From contig CAWJBB010000058.1 in assembly GCA_963840855.1 (NCBI GenBank), forward strand, positions 42,057-106,056: a stretch of DNA of 64,000 nucleotides. The letters run 5' to 3'. Below the pieces are notes generated by a model. The model was given only the letters and a program-made list of their open reading frames with translations. It was not told the origin of the DNA and ran no database searches. The position numbers and the translations under genes are program-made. This document shows, piece after piece, positions 21,039-30,396 of this stretch. This DNA comes from an uncultured delta proteobacterium. Its GTDB lineage: Bacteria > Desulfobacterota > Binatia > UBA9968. Within the stretch, counting starts at the first letter, position 1, and each line of letters begins with the position of its first letter.

Positions 21039-21098
21039 GCCTAACTATTGGGTTGAGAAGGCCCCGGCGGACCACGCCTCTCACCCAAAGCGTTAGCA
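21039..21098 (+). other. attC site
   Basis: GCCTAAC...GTTAGCA; stem TTGGGTTGAGAAGGC / GCCTCTCACCCAA. Confidence 0.8.
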
Positions 21099-21121
21099 CC
21101 ATCAGGGGGGGTGCGCGTATT

Positions 21122-21346
21122 ATGGCGAACGGTAACCTAGCTGAGGGAGCTATCCCGTCGTCGAGAGCTGAAGATGCACTGATTTCATTGGCAACCGTAC
21201 ACGGGATGGATTTCCTTTTGACGTGGAATTTCCGGCATATTAACAACGCCGAGATGAAAGCACGTATCAGCACTATTATCGAGGCGTCAGGGTATGAGAG
21301 CCCCATTATTTGTTCACCCGAAGAGCTAGGAGGTGGTGAGCCATGA
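21122..21346 (+). pseudogene. Cassette 6: C-terminal fragment of a PIN-domain (VapC-like) toxin
   Basis: EDAL...ATVHGMDFLLTWNF.HINNA...PIICSPEEL aligns to the C-terminal half of 33608-34081. Confidence 0.75.
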
Positions 21347-21516
21347 AACCAGATCCCATAGTGGATGAAGTTCGCAAGGTGAGAGAAGCCCACGCGGCGA
21401 AGTTCAACTACGATCTCCCAGCTATTTGTGCTGACCTGAAGAAGAAAGAAAAAGATTCCGGTCATCCGGTGGTGTCTCGTCGACCCAAGCTGCGGCTGAA
21501 GCCTACCGGAAGCTAA
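21343..21516 (+). CDS. Cassette 6: small helical partner of PIN protein (57 aa)
   Basis: MKPDPIVDEVRKVREAHAAKFNYDL; ATGA overlap; paralog at 34083-34259. Confidence 0.75.
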   Translation: MKPDPIVDEVRKVREAHAAKFNYDLPAICADLKKKEKDSGHPVVSRRPKLRLKPTGS

Positions 21517-21570
21517 CCATTGCGTTGACAAGGACGGTGAGGAACGTGCCTCTCACCCAAAACGTTAGGC
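21511..21570 (+). other. attC site
   Basis: AGCTAAC...GTTAGGC; shares GCCTCTCACCCAAA.CGTTAG with the previous attC. Confidence 0.75.
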
Positions 21571-21661
21571 CCATTTGGTTGCTCAGTTTATGAATATCTT
21601 GATATCAGATATTTGAATAAATCAACCAATTGATTACTCAACCAAATGAAACGGAAAACAC

Positions 21662-21728
21662 TGTTGACTAACCGGACAGGGCCACAAGTTCAAAGCCTTC
21701 AAAACGGAGTAATTCCAGTTAGTCAACA
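21662..21728. repeat. attC-like inverted repeat closing an ORF-less AT-rich unit
   Basis: TGTTGACTAAC / GTTAGTCAACA perfect 11-bp inverted repeat. Confidence 0.55.
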
Positions 21729-21765
21729 ACGTTCCCCAATTCTACTCCATGACAGGAGACGTATT

Positions 21766-22224
21766 ATGCACCGACTGACCGCGGCGATGTGCTGGTTGCT
21801 CCTCGGGACCGGGCTCGTGCTCGCCTTCGCGCAGCCGGCCGAGGACGCCCAGAAGCAACTGCAAGGGACCTGGACGGCAACACAGGCGGCACGCGACGGT
21901 ACAGCAGCCGATGACGTGGTCGGCCATCGGCTCTCCTTTGCCGGCAACCGCTTCCAGATCCAGTCCGAGAACGGCAAGCCCCTCTACGCGGGCACTGTCC
22001 GGGTGGACCCAAGCGCGCAGCCGGCGGCCATTGACTTCGAGCATACGGAAGGGGCTCTAACGGGGAAGGCGTGGCAGGGAATCTATGTCCTGGACGGCGA
22101 CACGCTGACGGTGTGCGACAACGCCCCGAACCTGGACAAGGGCCGGCCCACCGCGTTCGAGGCAACGAGTGGGTCTGGGTATGTCCTCATCACGTTCAAC
22201 CGCGCGAAGCCTGAACGGCAATAG
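21766..22224 (+). CDS. Cassette: TIGR03067-domain exported protein
   Basis: Signal peptide, LQGTW...IDF...GIYVLDGDTLTVC...RPTAF; AGGAG RBS. Confidence 0.8.
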   Translation: MHRLTAAMCWLLLGTGLVLAFAQPAEDAQKQLQGTWTATQAARDGTAADDVVGHRLSFAGNRFQIQSENGKPLYAGTVRVDPSAQPAAIDFEHTEGALTGKAWQGIYVLDGDTLTVCDNAPNLDKGRPTAFEATSGSGYVLITFNRAKPERQ

Positions 22225-22277
22225 CCTGGGTTGGCCTGCCGGAGGCCCGGCACCACCCTAAGCCGCGCAGCGGCTTA

Positions 22278-22379
22278 CTTGAACAAAGCAGTAGAGCGGA
22301 CGGGCCACACGACAGGCTTTTTTCACATGCGGCGGATGTCGGTGGCGTGTGGCCTGCCGCTCAGCGGGAGTGTTTAGGC
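22278..22379 (+). other. attC site
   Basis: CTTGAAC...GTT(T)AGGC; stem GAGCGGACGGGCCACACG / CGTGTGGCCTGCCGCTC. Confidence 0.75.
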
Positions 22380-22388
22380 AGCAGTGCG

Positions 22389-22786
22389 ATGAGGGCCTCT
22401 ACTACGATCCAGCTTTCCGATCCAATGCCGTTCGCAGGCGCAATGTGGAGCGCAGTTCCCAATGAGCCAGGCGTCTACGTAATTGCCGACGAAAAAGAAG
22501 TTGTCTACGTCGGAATGGCAGGGCGTAACGGCAAGGGGGGTATTAGAAACCGACTTCGCGATCACGCATCTGGCCAGATCGTCAACATGTTCGCGCAGTA
22601 CCTTTTCCTCGCTCGAGTTCAGTTCCTTGGGGTGGAGCGAATTACGCATCCACGAAATGCGAAGGCCGCGTGCCGTGAATACATAGCAGCGCGTTGCTCA
22701 TTTCAGTAAAAGACCACAGCAAGCGCAGTAGAAGCGAGGGCGCTCGAGAACAGAAGGAAGAACTCCGGCCATCACTTAACCCATAG
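22389..22786 (+). pseudogene. Cassette: GIY-YIG nuclease-like gene, interrupted (TAA at 22707 plus frameshift)
   Basis: PGVYVI...VVYVGMA...IRNRLRDH; the ARALE...ELRPSLNP tail lies after the stop. Confidence 0.65.
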
Positions 22787-22798
22787 GGAAGAAGTTGC

Positions 22799-22878
22799 CG
22801 CCAACGCGCGTTGTTGACCGACGCCTTCACCTCGCCGCTACGCGCTCAGCGCGGCGCGGAAAAATGCGAACGTTGGGC
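22799..22878 (+). other. attC site
   Basis: CGCCAAC...GTTGGGC with internal palindrome. Confidence 0.7.
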
Positions 22879-23055
22879 GTCAAGACGGTGCGTCGTCCGC
22901 TTGCGACCAAAGCAGTAGCAGGGAAAATGAAACTCGGTTATTCAATGCGGCTGGCGATGCGACACAAGCACCATCATTCCTTTGCGTCGTCCCGGGCCCA
23001 TACACACCTCGGCGAAACCTCAAACCGGGCCGATGCGCTACCTTGTATCGCCCGC

Positions 23056-24177
23056 ATGCGGTGGATCAAGAGTCCGGCCTGGGACCTCGTTTGGGTCCTG
23101 AATACGGTGTGGTTGGCTCCCCTGGTCTTTCTGCTGGGGTTGGATCATGACGACGTTCGCGCCAGTCCAGTGGACTGGCTGTTCTTCGTCCTCGCAGTGC
23201 CTCTGTGGTTCGGCCATCGCGTGTCGTCGGCTTGGCTGGCCTACGCCACGCCTGCCTACCGCCCCCTGCTCGCGACGCAGCGGCTGCGCTTCGTAGTAGC
23301 CCCGTTGGCAATCGCCGTCGCCTGCTTCGCCGTGCTGCTCGCGCCCGAGAGCGTGCTACCGATGCCGCTGACCGAGCGCGTGGTCTGCCTCGCTGTCCTG
23401 GACTATCTTCTGGTGAGCCACCATTTCGCCACACAGCACTTCGGGCTGCTCAGCCTGTACCGCGCGCGAGCGGGACGATCCTCGGACGCGAACGCGCGAC
23501 GGCTCGATCGGTGGTTCGCGCTCGTCGTGGGCGGCGGGTTCGTCGTGCTTGCAAACGCCCTCGCGGGATCGATCGCCTTCCAGGATCGCTGGATCGACCC
23601 GCTGCTTGGAGAAGCGCTGTCCGACACGGTCGCGCGGACGCTGCGCGATGGCAGCATGGTCGTTGTCGTCACGATCACCGCTCTGATGCTGCGCGTTGAG
23701 CTACGCTCGCAGCGCCCATCGCCGCCGCGCGTTGCTTACGTCGTTGGCGTCTCGGCCATCGTGCTCTTCGGCTTCCTCAATCCCTTCCTGTTCCTCGTGC
23801 TTTGGAGCGTGCAGCATTGGAGCGCCGCGATGGGACTCGCCTCGCTGGCGGCTTCCGGCGGGGCCCAGGCAACTGGCGCGCACTGGCAGCGGCTGCTCGC
23901 GCCCATCAACCGGCGCGGCTGGGCAGTTCTGCTCGTGCTCGCCGTCGTCTCCACCTTACTGTTGCCGGTGTTGGAGGTGGAGGCGGTGACCGACGAATAC
24001 GCGTACGCCGATCGCATTTTCGGCGAAGCAGCGCTATGGCTGCGTTCCTCATCCTTCGTTCCGGCGCTGCTGGCACTGGGTTTCGCGACCAGCTTCATTC
24101 ACTACGTCCTGGATCGCGCTGCCTTCCGCTTCTCCTCACCCGACGTGAGGCAGGCCGCCCGCGGCCTGCTGAAGTGA
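23056..24177 (+). CDS. Cassette: polytopic membrane protein of unknown function
   Basis: Many TM segments; His motifs GHR, HHFATQHFG, QHW, HYVLD. Confidence 0.75.
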   Translation: MRWIKSPAWDLVWVLNTVWLAPLVFLLGLDHDDVRASPVDWLFFVLAVPLWFGHRVSSAWLAYATPAYRPLLATQRLRFVVAPLAIAVACFAVLLAPESVLPMPLTERVVCLAVLDYLLVSHHFATQHFGLLSLYRARAGRSSDANARRLDRWFALVVGGGFVVLANALAGSIAFQDRWIDPLLGEALSDTVARTLRDGSMVVVVTITALMLRVELRSQRPSPPRVAYVVGVSAIVLFGFLNPFLFLVLWSVQHWSAAMGLASLAASGGAQATGAHWQRLLAPINRRGWAVLLVLAVVSTLLLPVLEVEAVTDEYAYADRIFGEAALWLRSSSFVPALLALGFATSFIHYVLDRAAFRFSSPDVRQAARGLLK

Positions 24178-24220
24178 AGACCTTTTCCCCAATCGTTAGA
24201 GCGCTCGACGGTCAACGGAC

Positions 24221-24604
24221 ATGGACAAACCGCAATCGGCTTCCGTCGCAACATTGAAGGCAATCGTCGATGCGTTCAACGCGCACGACCTCGATGCCAT
24301 CATGGAATTCTTTGCCGACGACTGCTCGTTGGACATGCCTCGTGGACCGGAGCCCTGGGGTAAACGCTTCACGGGCAAAGCGGCCGCACGAGAAGGGTTG
24401 GCTATGCGCTTCAAAGGTCTTCCGGACGTTCACTACGGAGACGACCGGCACTGGGTCAGCGGAAACATGGGCGTGTCCGAGTGGTCGCTGACAGGCACGA
24501 CGCCCGACGGAGTCCGAATTCATGTACGCGGATGCGATCACTGGGAATTCCGGGACGGCAGGGTAATTAGGAAGGACTCGTACTGGAAGATCGTCGATAA
24601 ATAG
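24221..24604 (+). CDS. Cassette: SnoaL/NTF2-like protein
   Basis: AFNAHDLDAIMEFFADD...RGCDHWEFRDGRVIRKDSYWK; bounded by GTTAGAGCGCT (24195) / AGCGCTCTAAC. Confidence 0.88.
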   Translation: MDKPQSASVATLKAIVDAFNAHDLDAIMEFFADDCSLDMPRGPEPWGKRFTGKAAAREGLAMRFKGLPDVHYGDDRHWVSGNMGVSEWSLTGTTPDGVRIHVRGCDHWEFRDGRVIRKDSYWKIVDK

Positions 24605-24617
24605 GCATGAGGCAGCG

Positions 24618-24707
24618 CTCTAACATGGCGGTGTTGGCGGACGCGGCGACCAGCGCTCTGCTTCATTTGCCGTCCACCTCGCCGCGCCGCAAACCCCCAC
24701 GTTAGGT
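24618..24707 (+). other. attC site
   Basis: CTCTAAC...GTTAGGT; stem GCGGACGCGGCGA / TCGCCGCGCCGC. Confidence 0.85.
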
Positions 24708-24787
24708 TACAGAGTGCCATCGTCCGAAAGAGGAGGACTCATGAATGGGCGAGAGTTTCCGAAGAGTGCTGGGTCCTATACACGGCG

Positions 24788-25354
24788 GTGATTCTTGCGC
24801 TCTATGGCAGCCCCAGTGACGCAGCAGAACCCCAGCCAGTTACCATGTTAGTCACCTACCATTCGGCTTCCGGCAACACCGAGAAAATGGCCCAGGCAGT
24901 GGCCGAGGGGGCGAAGGCCGTTTCAGGAACGAGCGTCGTTCTAAAGCGGGTCGGTGAAGTGATAGGCGACGACCTCTCGTCCGCCGATGCGGTCATCGTC
25001 GGTTCGCCGGTGTATGTCGGCAACATGTCGGGGGAGGTGAAGACATTCTTTGACAACTGGGGCGGGCGCAAGTTCGGTCTCGGAACTGGAACCGGTAAGA
25101 TGCGCAACAAGCTCGGAGCGGCGTTTGCGACTGGCGGGGGATTCTCCAGCGGTAAGGAAGTCACTATGCTTACCATCCTCGGGGCCATGCTCATCCACCA
25201 GATGATTGTCATCAGCGGCGGAGGATTCGGTGCGAGCGCGAGCACCGGCCCTGACTCGCCGGGCATCGACGCGAAGGAGATCGCAGAGGCGCGCGAGCTG
25301 GGCCAGCGCGTTGCGGAGGTCGCCGCGCTTGTCAAACAGGGAGCAACCAAGTAA
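24788..25354 (+). CDS. Cassette: flavodoxin/WrbA-like protein with signal peptide (start likely ~24745, with an indel)
   Basis: YHSASGNTEKMA, GSPVYVGNMS, AAFATGGG...GKE. Confidence 0.85.
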   Translation: MILALYGSPSDAAEPQPVTMLVTYHSASGNTEKMAQAVAEGAKAVSGTSVVLKRVGEVIGDDLSSADAVIVGSPVYVGNMSGEVKTFFDNWGGRKFGLGTGTGKMRNKLGAAFATGGGFSSGKEVTMLTILGAMLIHQMIVISGGGFGASASTGPDSPGIDAKEIAEARELGQRVAEVAALVKQGATK

Positions 25355-25417
25355 CGCTGGTGCGAGCGGTAATTCGGAGCCACGCTCTGATGATCGGGGT
25401 CTACACTCAGTCAAGTC

Positions 25418-25499
25418 ACCTAACCATCCGGCTTGAGACAGATCTTCGGACCCGCTCACGAGGCTCGCGGGCCGTGCCTGCTCAGCCTTGGCGTTTCGG
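25418..25499 (+). other. attC site
   Basis: ACCTAAC...GTTTCGG; sequence related to the attC at 16717. Confidence 0.8.
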
Positions 25500-25723
25500 T
25501 GGAGACCTGAACGAGTCGAGTGATTGATGATCGTCCCAGGCGGCACGCGGATTCGTGCTGGCCTTACATGGGCGCGCTCCAATCGATGGATGCCAGCCCC
25601 GACTCCAGGCAAAATGATTGAGCTGCGGCGCCGTATGCGGCAAACTGAAGGTGCTCGCCGGCAGCACCGCAATCGTCCGAGCCAAAATTTCGTGAGGCGC
25701 GTTGCAATTGGAGGAACGCAAGT

Positions 25724-26260
25724 ATGGTAACCACGCAAAAGCTCCCTAGCCGTCTGCATCATACCGCCTATACCACCAAGGACATGGAGAAGACCCGTGA
25801 GTTCTACGAAGAGGTGATTGGGCTACCTCTGGTGGCGACCTGGAGCGAATCCGACGAGCTGTTCGGGAAGGTGCGCACGTATTGTCACTGCTTCTTTGGC
25901 CTTGCGGATGGCGGCGCGCTGGCGTTCTTCCAGTTCGCCGATAAGGATGACGAGAGGACGTTTAGCCCGCCGATCGCGGAGACGCCCTTTCATCACATCG
26001 CGCTCAAGGTTGATAAAATGACACAAGAGGAAATCGAGAAGCGCATCAAGGCGGCGGGCTATAAGGAGCCCGACACCTTTGTGCTGGAGCACGGTTATTG
26101 CCGCTCGGTCTATATCAAAGACCCCAACGGTATGCTCCTCGAATTCACGCTCGATGCTCCCAACGCCGATCAGATCGCCAAGGATCGCAAGGCGGATGCG
26201 CAAGCGACCCTCAAGCGTTGGCTCAGGGGCGACCGCACGTCGAACAACAGGTATCGGTAG
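25724..26260 (+). CDS. Cassette: VOC/glyoxalase family protein
   Basis: LHHTAY...HHIAL...EHGYCRSVYIKDPNGMLLEF. Confidence 0.88.
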   Translation: MVTTQKLPSRLHHTAYTTKDMEKTREFYEEVIGLPLVATWSESDELFGKVRTYCHCFFGLADGGALAFFQFADKDDERTFSPPIAETPFHHIALKVDKMTQEEIEKRIKAAGYKEPDTFVLEHGYCRSVYIKDPNGMLLEFTLDAPNADQIAKDRKADAQATLKRWLRGDRTSNNRYR

Positions 26261-26306
26261 AGCGCTTCTTGTGCGATTCGTCGAGGAATCAGTTCCTATA
26301 CGAACC

Positions 26307-26334
26307 GCCGAACACTGCAGCGCTGGCGTTAGGG
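26307..26334 (+). other. Internally deleted attC site
   Basis: GCCGAAC and GTTAGGG only 14 nt apart. Confidence 0.55.
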
Positions 26335-26368
26335 CAACGAACCGCCGTTGCGGAAAGGAGACTAAAGG

Positions 26369-26980
26369 ATGAAGGTCCTTATCGTCTATTACAGTACCTA
26401 CGGCCACGTCTACCGTATGGCTACCCTTGTTGCCGAAGGGGTTAAAGAGATTCCGGGCGTCCAGCCAGCGGTCCGCACCGTGCCCGAACTCATACCGAAG
26501 TCCGTGATCGATTCTCGGGAGAACATGAAGGCCGGAAGGGAGATGCAACAGGACGTGCCTTTCGTCACAATGGATGATTTCCGCGAAGCGGGTGCCATTG
26601 CTTTCGGTACTCCGACTCGTTTCGGAAACGTATCGGCACAGCTCAAGAACCAAATCGACCAGCTGACGTCACTCTGGCTCAAGGGAGAACTGGAAGGCAA
26701 GCCAGCCGGTGTCTTTGTTTCCACCGCCAGCCTGCACGGCGGACAGGAAACCACGATTCTGACGCTAATGGCGCCACTGCTCCACCTGGGGATGATTCTC
26801 GTCGGTGTCCCGTATTCCACTCCGGAACTGTTCACGACGCAGGGTGGCGGCTCGCCATACGGTCCGGGGCACGTCGCGGGAGATGATAACAAGCGCCAAA
26901 TCGACGAGCAGGAAGCCGCGATCTGCCGCGCTCTTGGCCGCCGTCTGGCAGTAGTGGGTCTGAAGCTGCAACAAACCTAA
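26369..26980 (+). CDS. wrbA: Cassette: NAD(P)H:quinone oxidoreductase type IV
   Basis: YYSTYGHV, GTPTRFGN, STASLHGGQETT, GGSPYG. Confidence 0.92.
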   Translation: MKVLIVYYSTYGHVYRMATLVAEGVKEIPGVQPAVRTVPELIPKSVIDSRENMKAGREMQQDVPFVTMDDFREAGAIAFGTPTRFGNVSAQLKNQIDQLTSLWLKGELEGKPAGVFVSTASLHGGQETTILTLMAPLLHLGMILVGVPYSTPELFTTQGGGSPYGPGHVAGDDNKRQIDEQEAAICRALGRRLAVVGLKLQQT

Positions 26981-26998
26981 CGGACAAAACGAGTCGTT

Positions 26999-27054
26999 GC
27001 CTAACCATTAAGGATTGAGACGACTTTTGAAGTCGTTTCAATCCAGTGTTCAAG
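26999..27054 (+). other. Terminal attC site of the array
   Basis: GCCTAAC...GTTCAAG; stem GGATTGAGACGAC / GTCGTTTCAATCC; TCGTTGCCTAAC complements the cassette start GTTAGG(G)CAACGA. Confidence 0.8.
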
Positions 27055-27348
27055 AAGCCCGTGATTGTGGCAGAGGCTATCGAGCTGGAGATCACGCTCG
27101 TCCCTTAGTTTCAACCGCCGAATTACGATTAAAACCGTCTCCTCGATCTCCCAACCCTCCACGGGGTTCGAGAAAAAATGGAAGTGGCGTCACCGTGAAT
27201 AGGGGTCGAATCGTGAAGGACAGAAGACTAGCCTTACAGCACAATCATTCGTTCGCTACCCCGCCCTCAAACGTTTACCAACTACGGTTTGTGCAAATAA
27301 GTACGGTTGTGGTACTAGCACCGGAGAACCAGCGAAAGGCCTCCGGCG

Positions 27349-28365
27349 ATGAATTTTTTCATTCGCGCTTTTTTTGTCTGCCGTATCTTCGCGCTCTTAG
27401 CGGGAGGCGTTGATACCGCATACGGCGCGGGACCGCTTTTGATCGCCTACGGCGGCCACAACGAAACCATGGCGCCGATCTGGGTAGGCATTGAAAAAGG
27501 CCTGTTCCGAAGACATGGCGTCGACCCCAGAGCGCTGCAGACACGCAGCGGTCCGATCATGATGGCGACGTTGGCCTCCGGTGGCGCGGCGCTTGTCTGG
27601 GCGGCGCCAGGGAGTGCCATCAGCACCTCGACCGGCGGCATGAAGCTCACCTGTTTTGCCGCCGGCAACAATGCCATGCCGCGTGAGTTGATCGTCAGAA
27701 AAGGTATCGAATCCATCGAGGATCTTCGCGGCAAGACTTTCGGCGTGCAGAGCATCGGCGGCGGTTTTTGGCTGTCGACTATGGTTGCCCTCGACGCCCT
27801 CGGCCTCGATCCCGAAAAGTATAAGCTCAGCATGCGCGTCATCGGTGACACCACCACCGTGACCCAGGCGTTGATCTCCGGAAACGTCGATGCGGCTGTC
27901 GTCCCTTATAGTTTCGCCGACATTGCCAAAAGAGCGGGAGCCCGCGCGTTGGCAGACGCCGGAGCCTCGAAGGTCGTGTATCAGGGAACGGTGTTCTGCG
28001 CTCGCAAGGATTCCAACGCCGTAAGTACCGAGCTGATGAACGACCTAACCAAGGGGCTGGTCGAATCATTGGTCTACATTCTGGACCCGGCGCGTAAACG
28101 CGACGTGATGGAGGTTCTGAAAAAGCATCTCCGGCTGAGCAAAGAAGAAGACGCTGAATCATCGTACAACGTCACGCGCTTGCAGATGCCAAACCTGGAC
28201 ATTGCCCCAAACCTGGACGCCTGGAAAACCTACCGGCGCATTATCGCGCGGATAAATCCAAAGGTGCAGGAAGCGGATCTGGAGCAGATCATTACCCCCA
28301 GTGTGGCAAAGAGCCTGGAAGCGAGCGGTTTCTTGGCCGAGATGCGAAAAAAGCTACCGCGATAA
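27349..28365 (+). CDS. ABC transporter substrate-binding protein (NMT1/SsuA-like)
   Basis: Signal peptide; APIWVGIEKGLF, DLRGKTFGV, ALISGNVDA. Confidence 0.85.
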   Translation: MNFFIRAFFVCRIFALLAGGVDTAYGAGPLLIAYGGHNETMAPIWVGIEKGLFRRHGVDPRALQTRSGPIMMATLASGGAALVWAAPGSAISTSTGGMKLTCFAAGNNAMPRELIVRKGIESIEDLRGKTFGVQSIGGGFWLSTMVALDALGLDPEKYKLSMRVIGDTTTVTQALISGNVDAAVVPYSFADIAKRAGARALADAGASKVVYQGTVFCARKDSNAVSTELMNDLTKGLVESLVYILDPARKRDVMEVLKKHLRLSKEEDAESSYNVTRLQMPNLDIAPNLDAWKTYRRIIARINPKVQEADLEQIITPSVAKSLEASGFLAEMRKKLPR

Positions 28366-28878
28366 TTTGCGACCTTCCGGGGTTTGTTGTGAAAGAGTAT
28401 TCACCAGAGAGAGCTAACGCGGCAGAGCCGCAACCAAAACTAGGAATATCTCGCGCAAAGACGCCAAGGCCGCGAAGGTCGGAGAAAAATGGTGAAGATC
28501 GTTTGTAAGATTATCAATCTTTCCCTTCCGAACTTGGCGTGCTCTGCGCCTTGGCGCGAGTCAATCCCCGCATTCGAGTATTTCAGGTTACCGGAAAAAT
28601 TTGCGCGAGCCGCGAAAACTCTTAAACATAGTAGTACAGAGGGTTCGTTCACGATGATATCTTCATTGATTTTCTCCGCGCCCTCAGCGCCTCCGCGGTT
28701 AGCCACACGGAGGCCCAAAGACCCTTTGACCGATTTCACGGAACGTACCCACCCAATTTCAACGAAGGGACCCACCTGATTTCAAGGAAGGGACCCACCC
28801 AATTTCAGGTGGTCCCCTTCGTTTCTGAGCGAGCCGACGAACGATGCTACCTTGGCCAACTGGAGGAGGATCCAGTTA

Positions 28879-30396
28879 ATGGCCAAAGAAAGGACCAGCG
28901 TTCGTATGCGAGCTCAAATCAAAACCCTGTCCGAACAGGGGCACTCCGTTCGCCGTATTGCCCGGATACTTCGGCTTTCGCGCAGGACGGTGCGGAAGTT
29001 TTTGGAGCCCACCGCAGAGCCGCCCAGTGAGAGCGGTGGTTGGGTTGAGACGGTTGACTGGGAGTATGTCCGCCAGGAAGTCTATGGCAAAGGGACCACG
29101 GTCAAGCAGATCCAGCGGGAGGTGGCCCCCGAGACAGGGTATGTAAAGTTTTGGCGTCAGTTTCGGGAAAAGGTTAGTGTGCAAGCCTCACCCGATCAAG
29201 TGACTATCCGGCTTCATCACAAGCCTGCGGAAAAAACCCAGATCGATTTTTCAGACGGTCTGTTTATCACCGAGCGAGGGACGGGAAACAAGACACTGAC
29301 CCAGTTTTTCTTAGGGGTTCTGCCCTTCAGCTCGTATACCTTCGGGGAATTCGTTCTAGATCAGAAGCTTTCCACCTTCATCGGGGTCCAGCAGCGCATG
29401 TTCGCCTACTTTGGTGGGATAACCCCCTACGTAGTGGTGGACAATCTCAAGAGCGGTGTCCACAAGGCCGATCTGTACGACCCCGATGTAAATCCCACCT
29501 ACTGTGATTTTGCCAATCACATGGGCTTTGCGGTACTGCCGGCCAGACCCTACAAGGCCCGGGACAAGGGCTCTGGGGAATGCCACATCGGAGTGATCCA
29601 AAGAGGGTTTTTCCAGGAGGTCCGTAACCGGGTCTTCTATTCTCTCCAAGATCTCAATCAAACCCTCAGGGAATATCTTCATCGGTTGAACCGCGAGGTG
29701 ATGAAAGACTACGGGGTGAGCCGCAACCAGCGCTTCGAGCAAGAGAAAAAGCAATTAAAGGCCCTGCCACCCTCTCCCTTCGAGTTAAGCGAGTGGCGCC
29801 AGGCTAAAGTCCATCCCGACTGCCATATCCAAGTGGAGAAAAACTTCTACTCGGTCCCCTTTGTCTACGTCAGCCAAAGGGTCCGGGTCAGGCTCACCGA
29901 GAAAATTGTGGAAGTGTTTAGTGAGGACAGCCAGCCCCTTACCGCTCACACCAGACTGATGGGGATCGGACAGTTCTCCACCTATGATTTCCATTATCCC
30001 GAAGCCAAGCTGAGCGTGGCGCGCTTTGAAGTCCGTCACGCTCAAGAACAGGCCAAAAAGCTTGGCCCCCATGTCGAGAAGTTACTCGATGATCTGCTCT
30101 CAGGCCAACATCCCTTGCGCCATCTAAGACGGGTCCAAGGAATCTTGCGGCTTGCCAAACGCTATCCCATCACGGCTGAAGCTTTGGACCATGCATGCCA
30201 GCGGGCGATTGTCTTCAACAAGACATGGCTCGCCTACATCAAAGACTGCGCCCTTTACTTTGTTAGCCACGGCCAAAGACCCACGCTTCTTCCCCCGCAG
30301 AGAAAGCTGGATACCGTGCATCTACACCAATACGCTGCCAACTCGGGCTCAGATTCTGAACTGTCGCTGCCGTCGGTGGAGGAGGAACTGCTATGA
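28879..30396 (+). CDS. istA: IS21 DDE transposase
   Basis: N-terminal HTH; QIDF, VVDNLKS, RDKG.GE; NFYSVP. Confidence 0.93.
   Translation: MAKERTSVRMRAQIKTLSEQGHSVRRIARILRLSRRTVRKFLEPTAEPPSESGGWVETVDWEYVRQEVYGKGTTVKQIQREVAPETGYVKFWRQFREKVSVQASPDQVTIRLHHKPAEKTQIDFSDGLFITERGTGNKTLTQFFLGVLPFSSYTFGEFVLDQKLSTFIGVQQRMFAYFGGITPYVVVDNLKSGVHKADLYDPDVNPTYCDFANHMGFAVLPARPYKARDKGSGECHIGVIQRGFFQEVRNRVFYSLQDLNQTLREYLHRLNREVMKDYGVSRNQRFEQEKKQLKALPPSPFELSEWRQAKVHPDCHIQVEKNFYSVPFVYVSQRVRVRLTEKIVEVFSEDSQPLTAHTRLMGIGQFSTYDFHYPEAKLSVARFEVRHAQEQAKKLGPHVEKLLDDLLSGQHPLRHLRRVQGILRLAKRYPITAEALDHACQRAIVFNKTWLAYIKDCALYFVSHGQRPTLLPPQRKLDTVHLHQYAANSGSDSELSLPSVEEELL

Larger units (their letters stand above)
15967..27054 (+). 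mobile_element. Integron gene-cassette array without adjacent integrase (CALIN-like), ~14 cassettes
   Basis: Co-oriented unrelated ORFs separated by RYYYAAC...GTTRRRY-like palindromes; cassette starts are reverse complements of their own ends. Confidence 0.9.

Noticed and set aside
22707-22709. In-frame stop in the GIY-YIG gene as recoding
   Set aside because: It is TAA with an additional downstream frameshift and no recoding signal; decay or error is more likely.
28727-28825. Three to four ~23-bp repeats resembling a mini-CRISPR
   Set aside because: No unique spacers; they are mirrored at 31360-31415 and are IS21 subterminal transposase-binding repeats.
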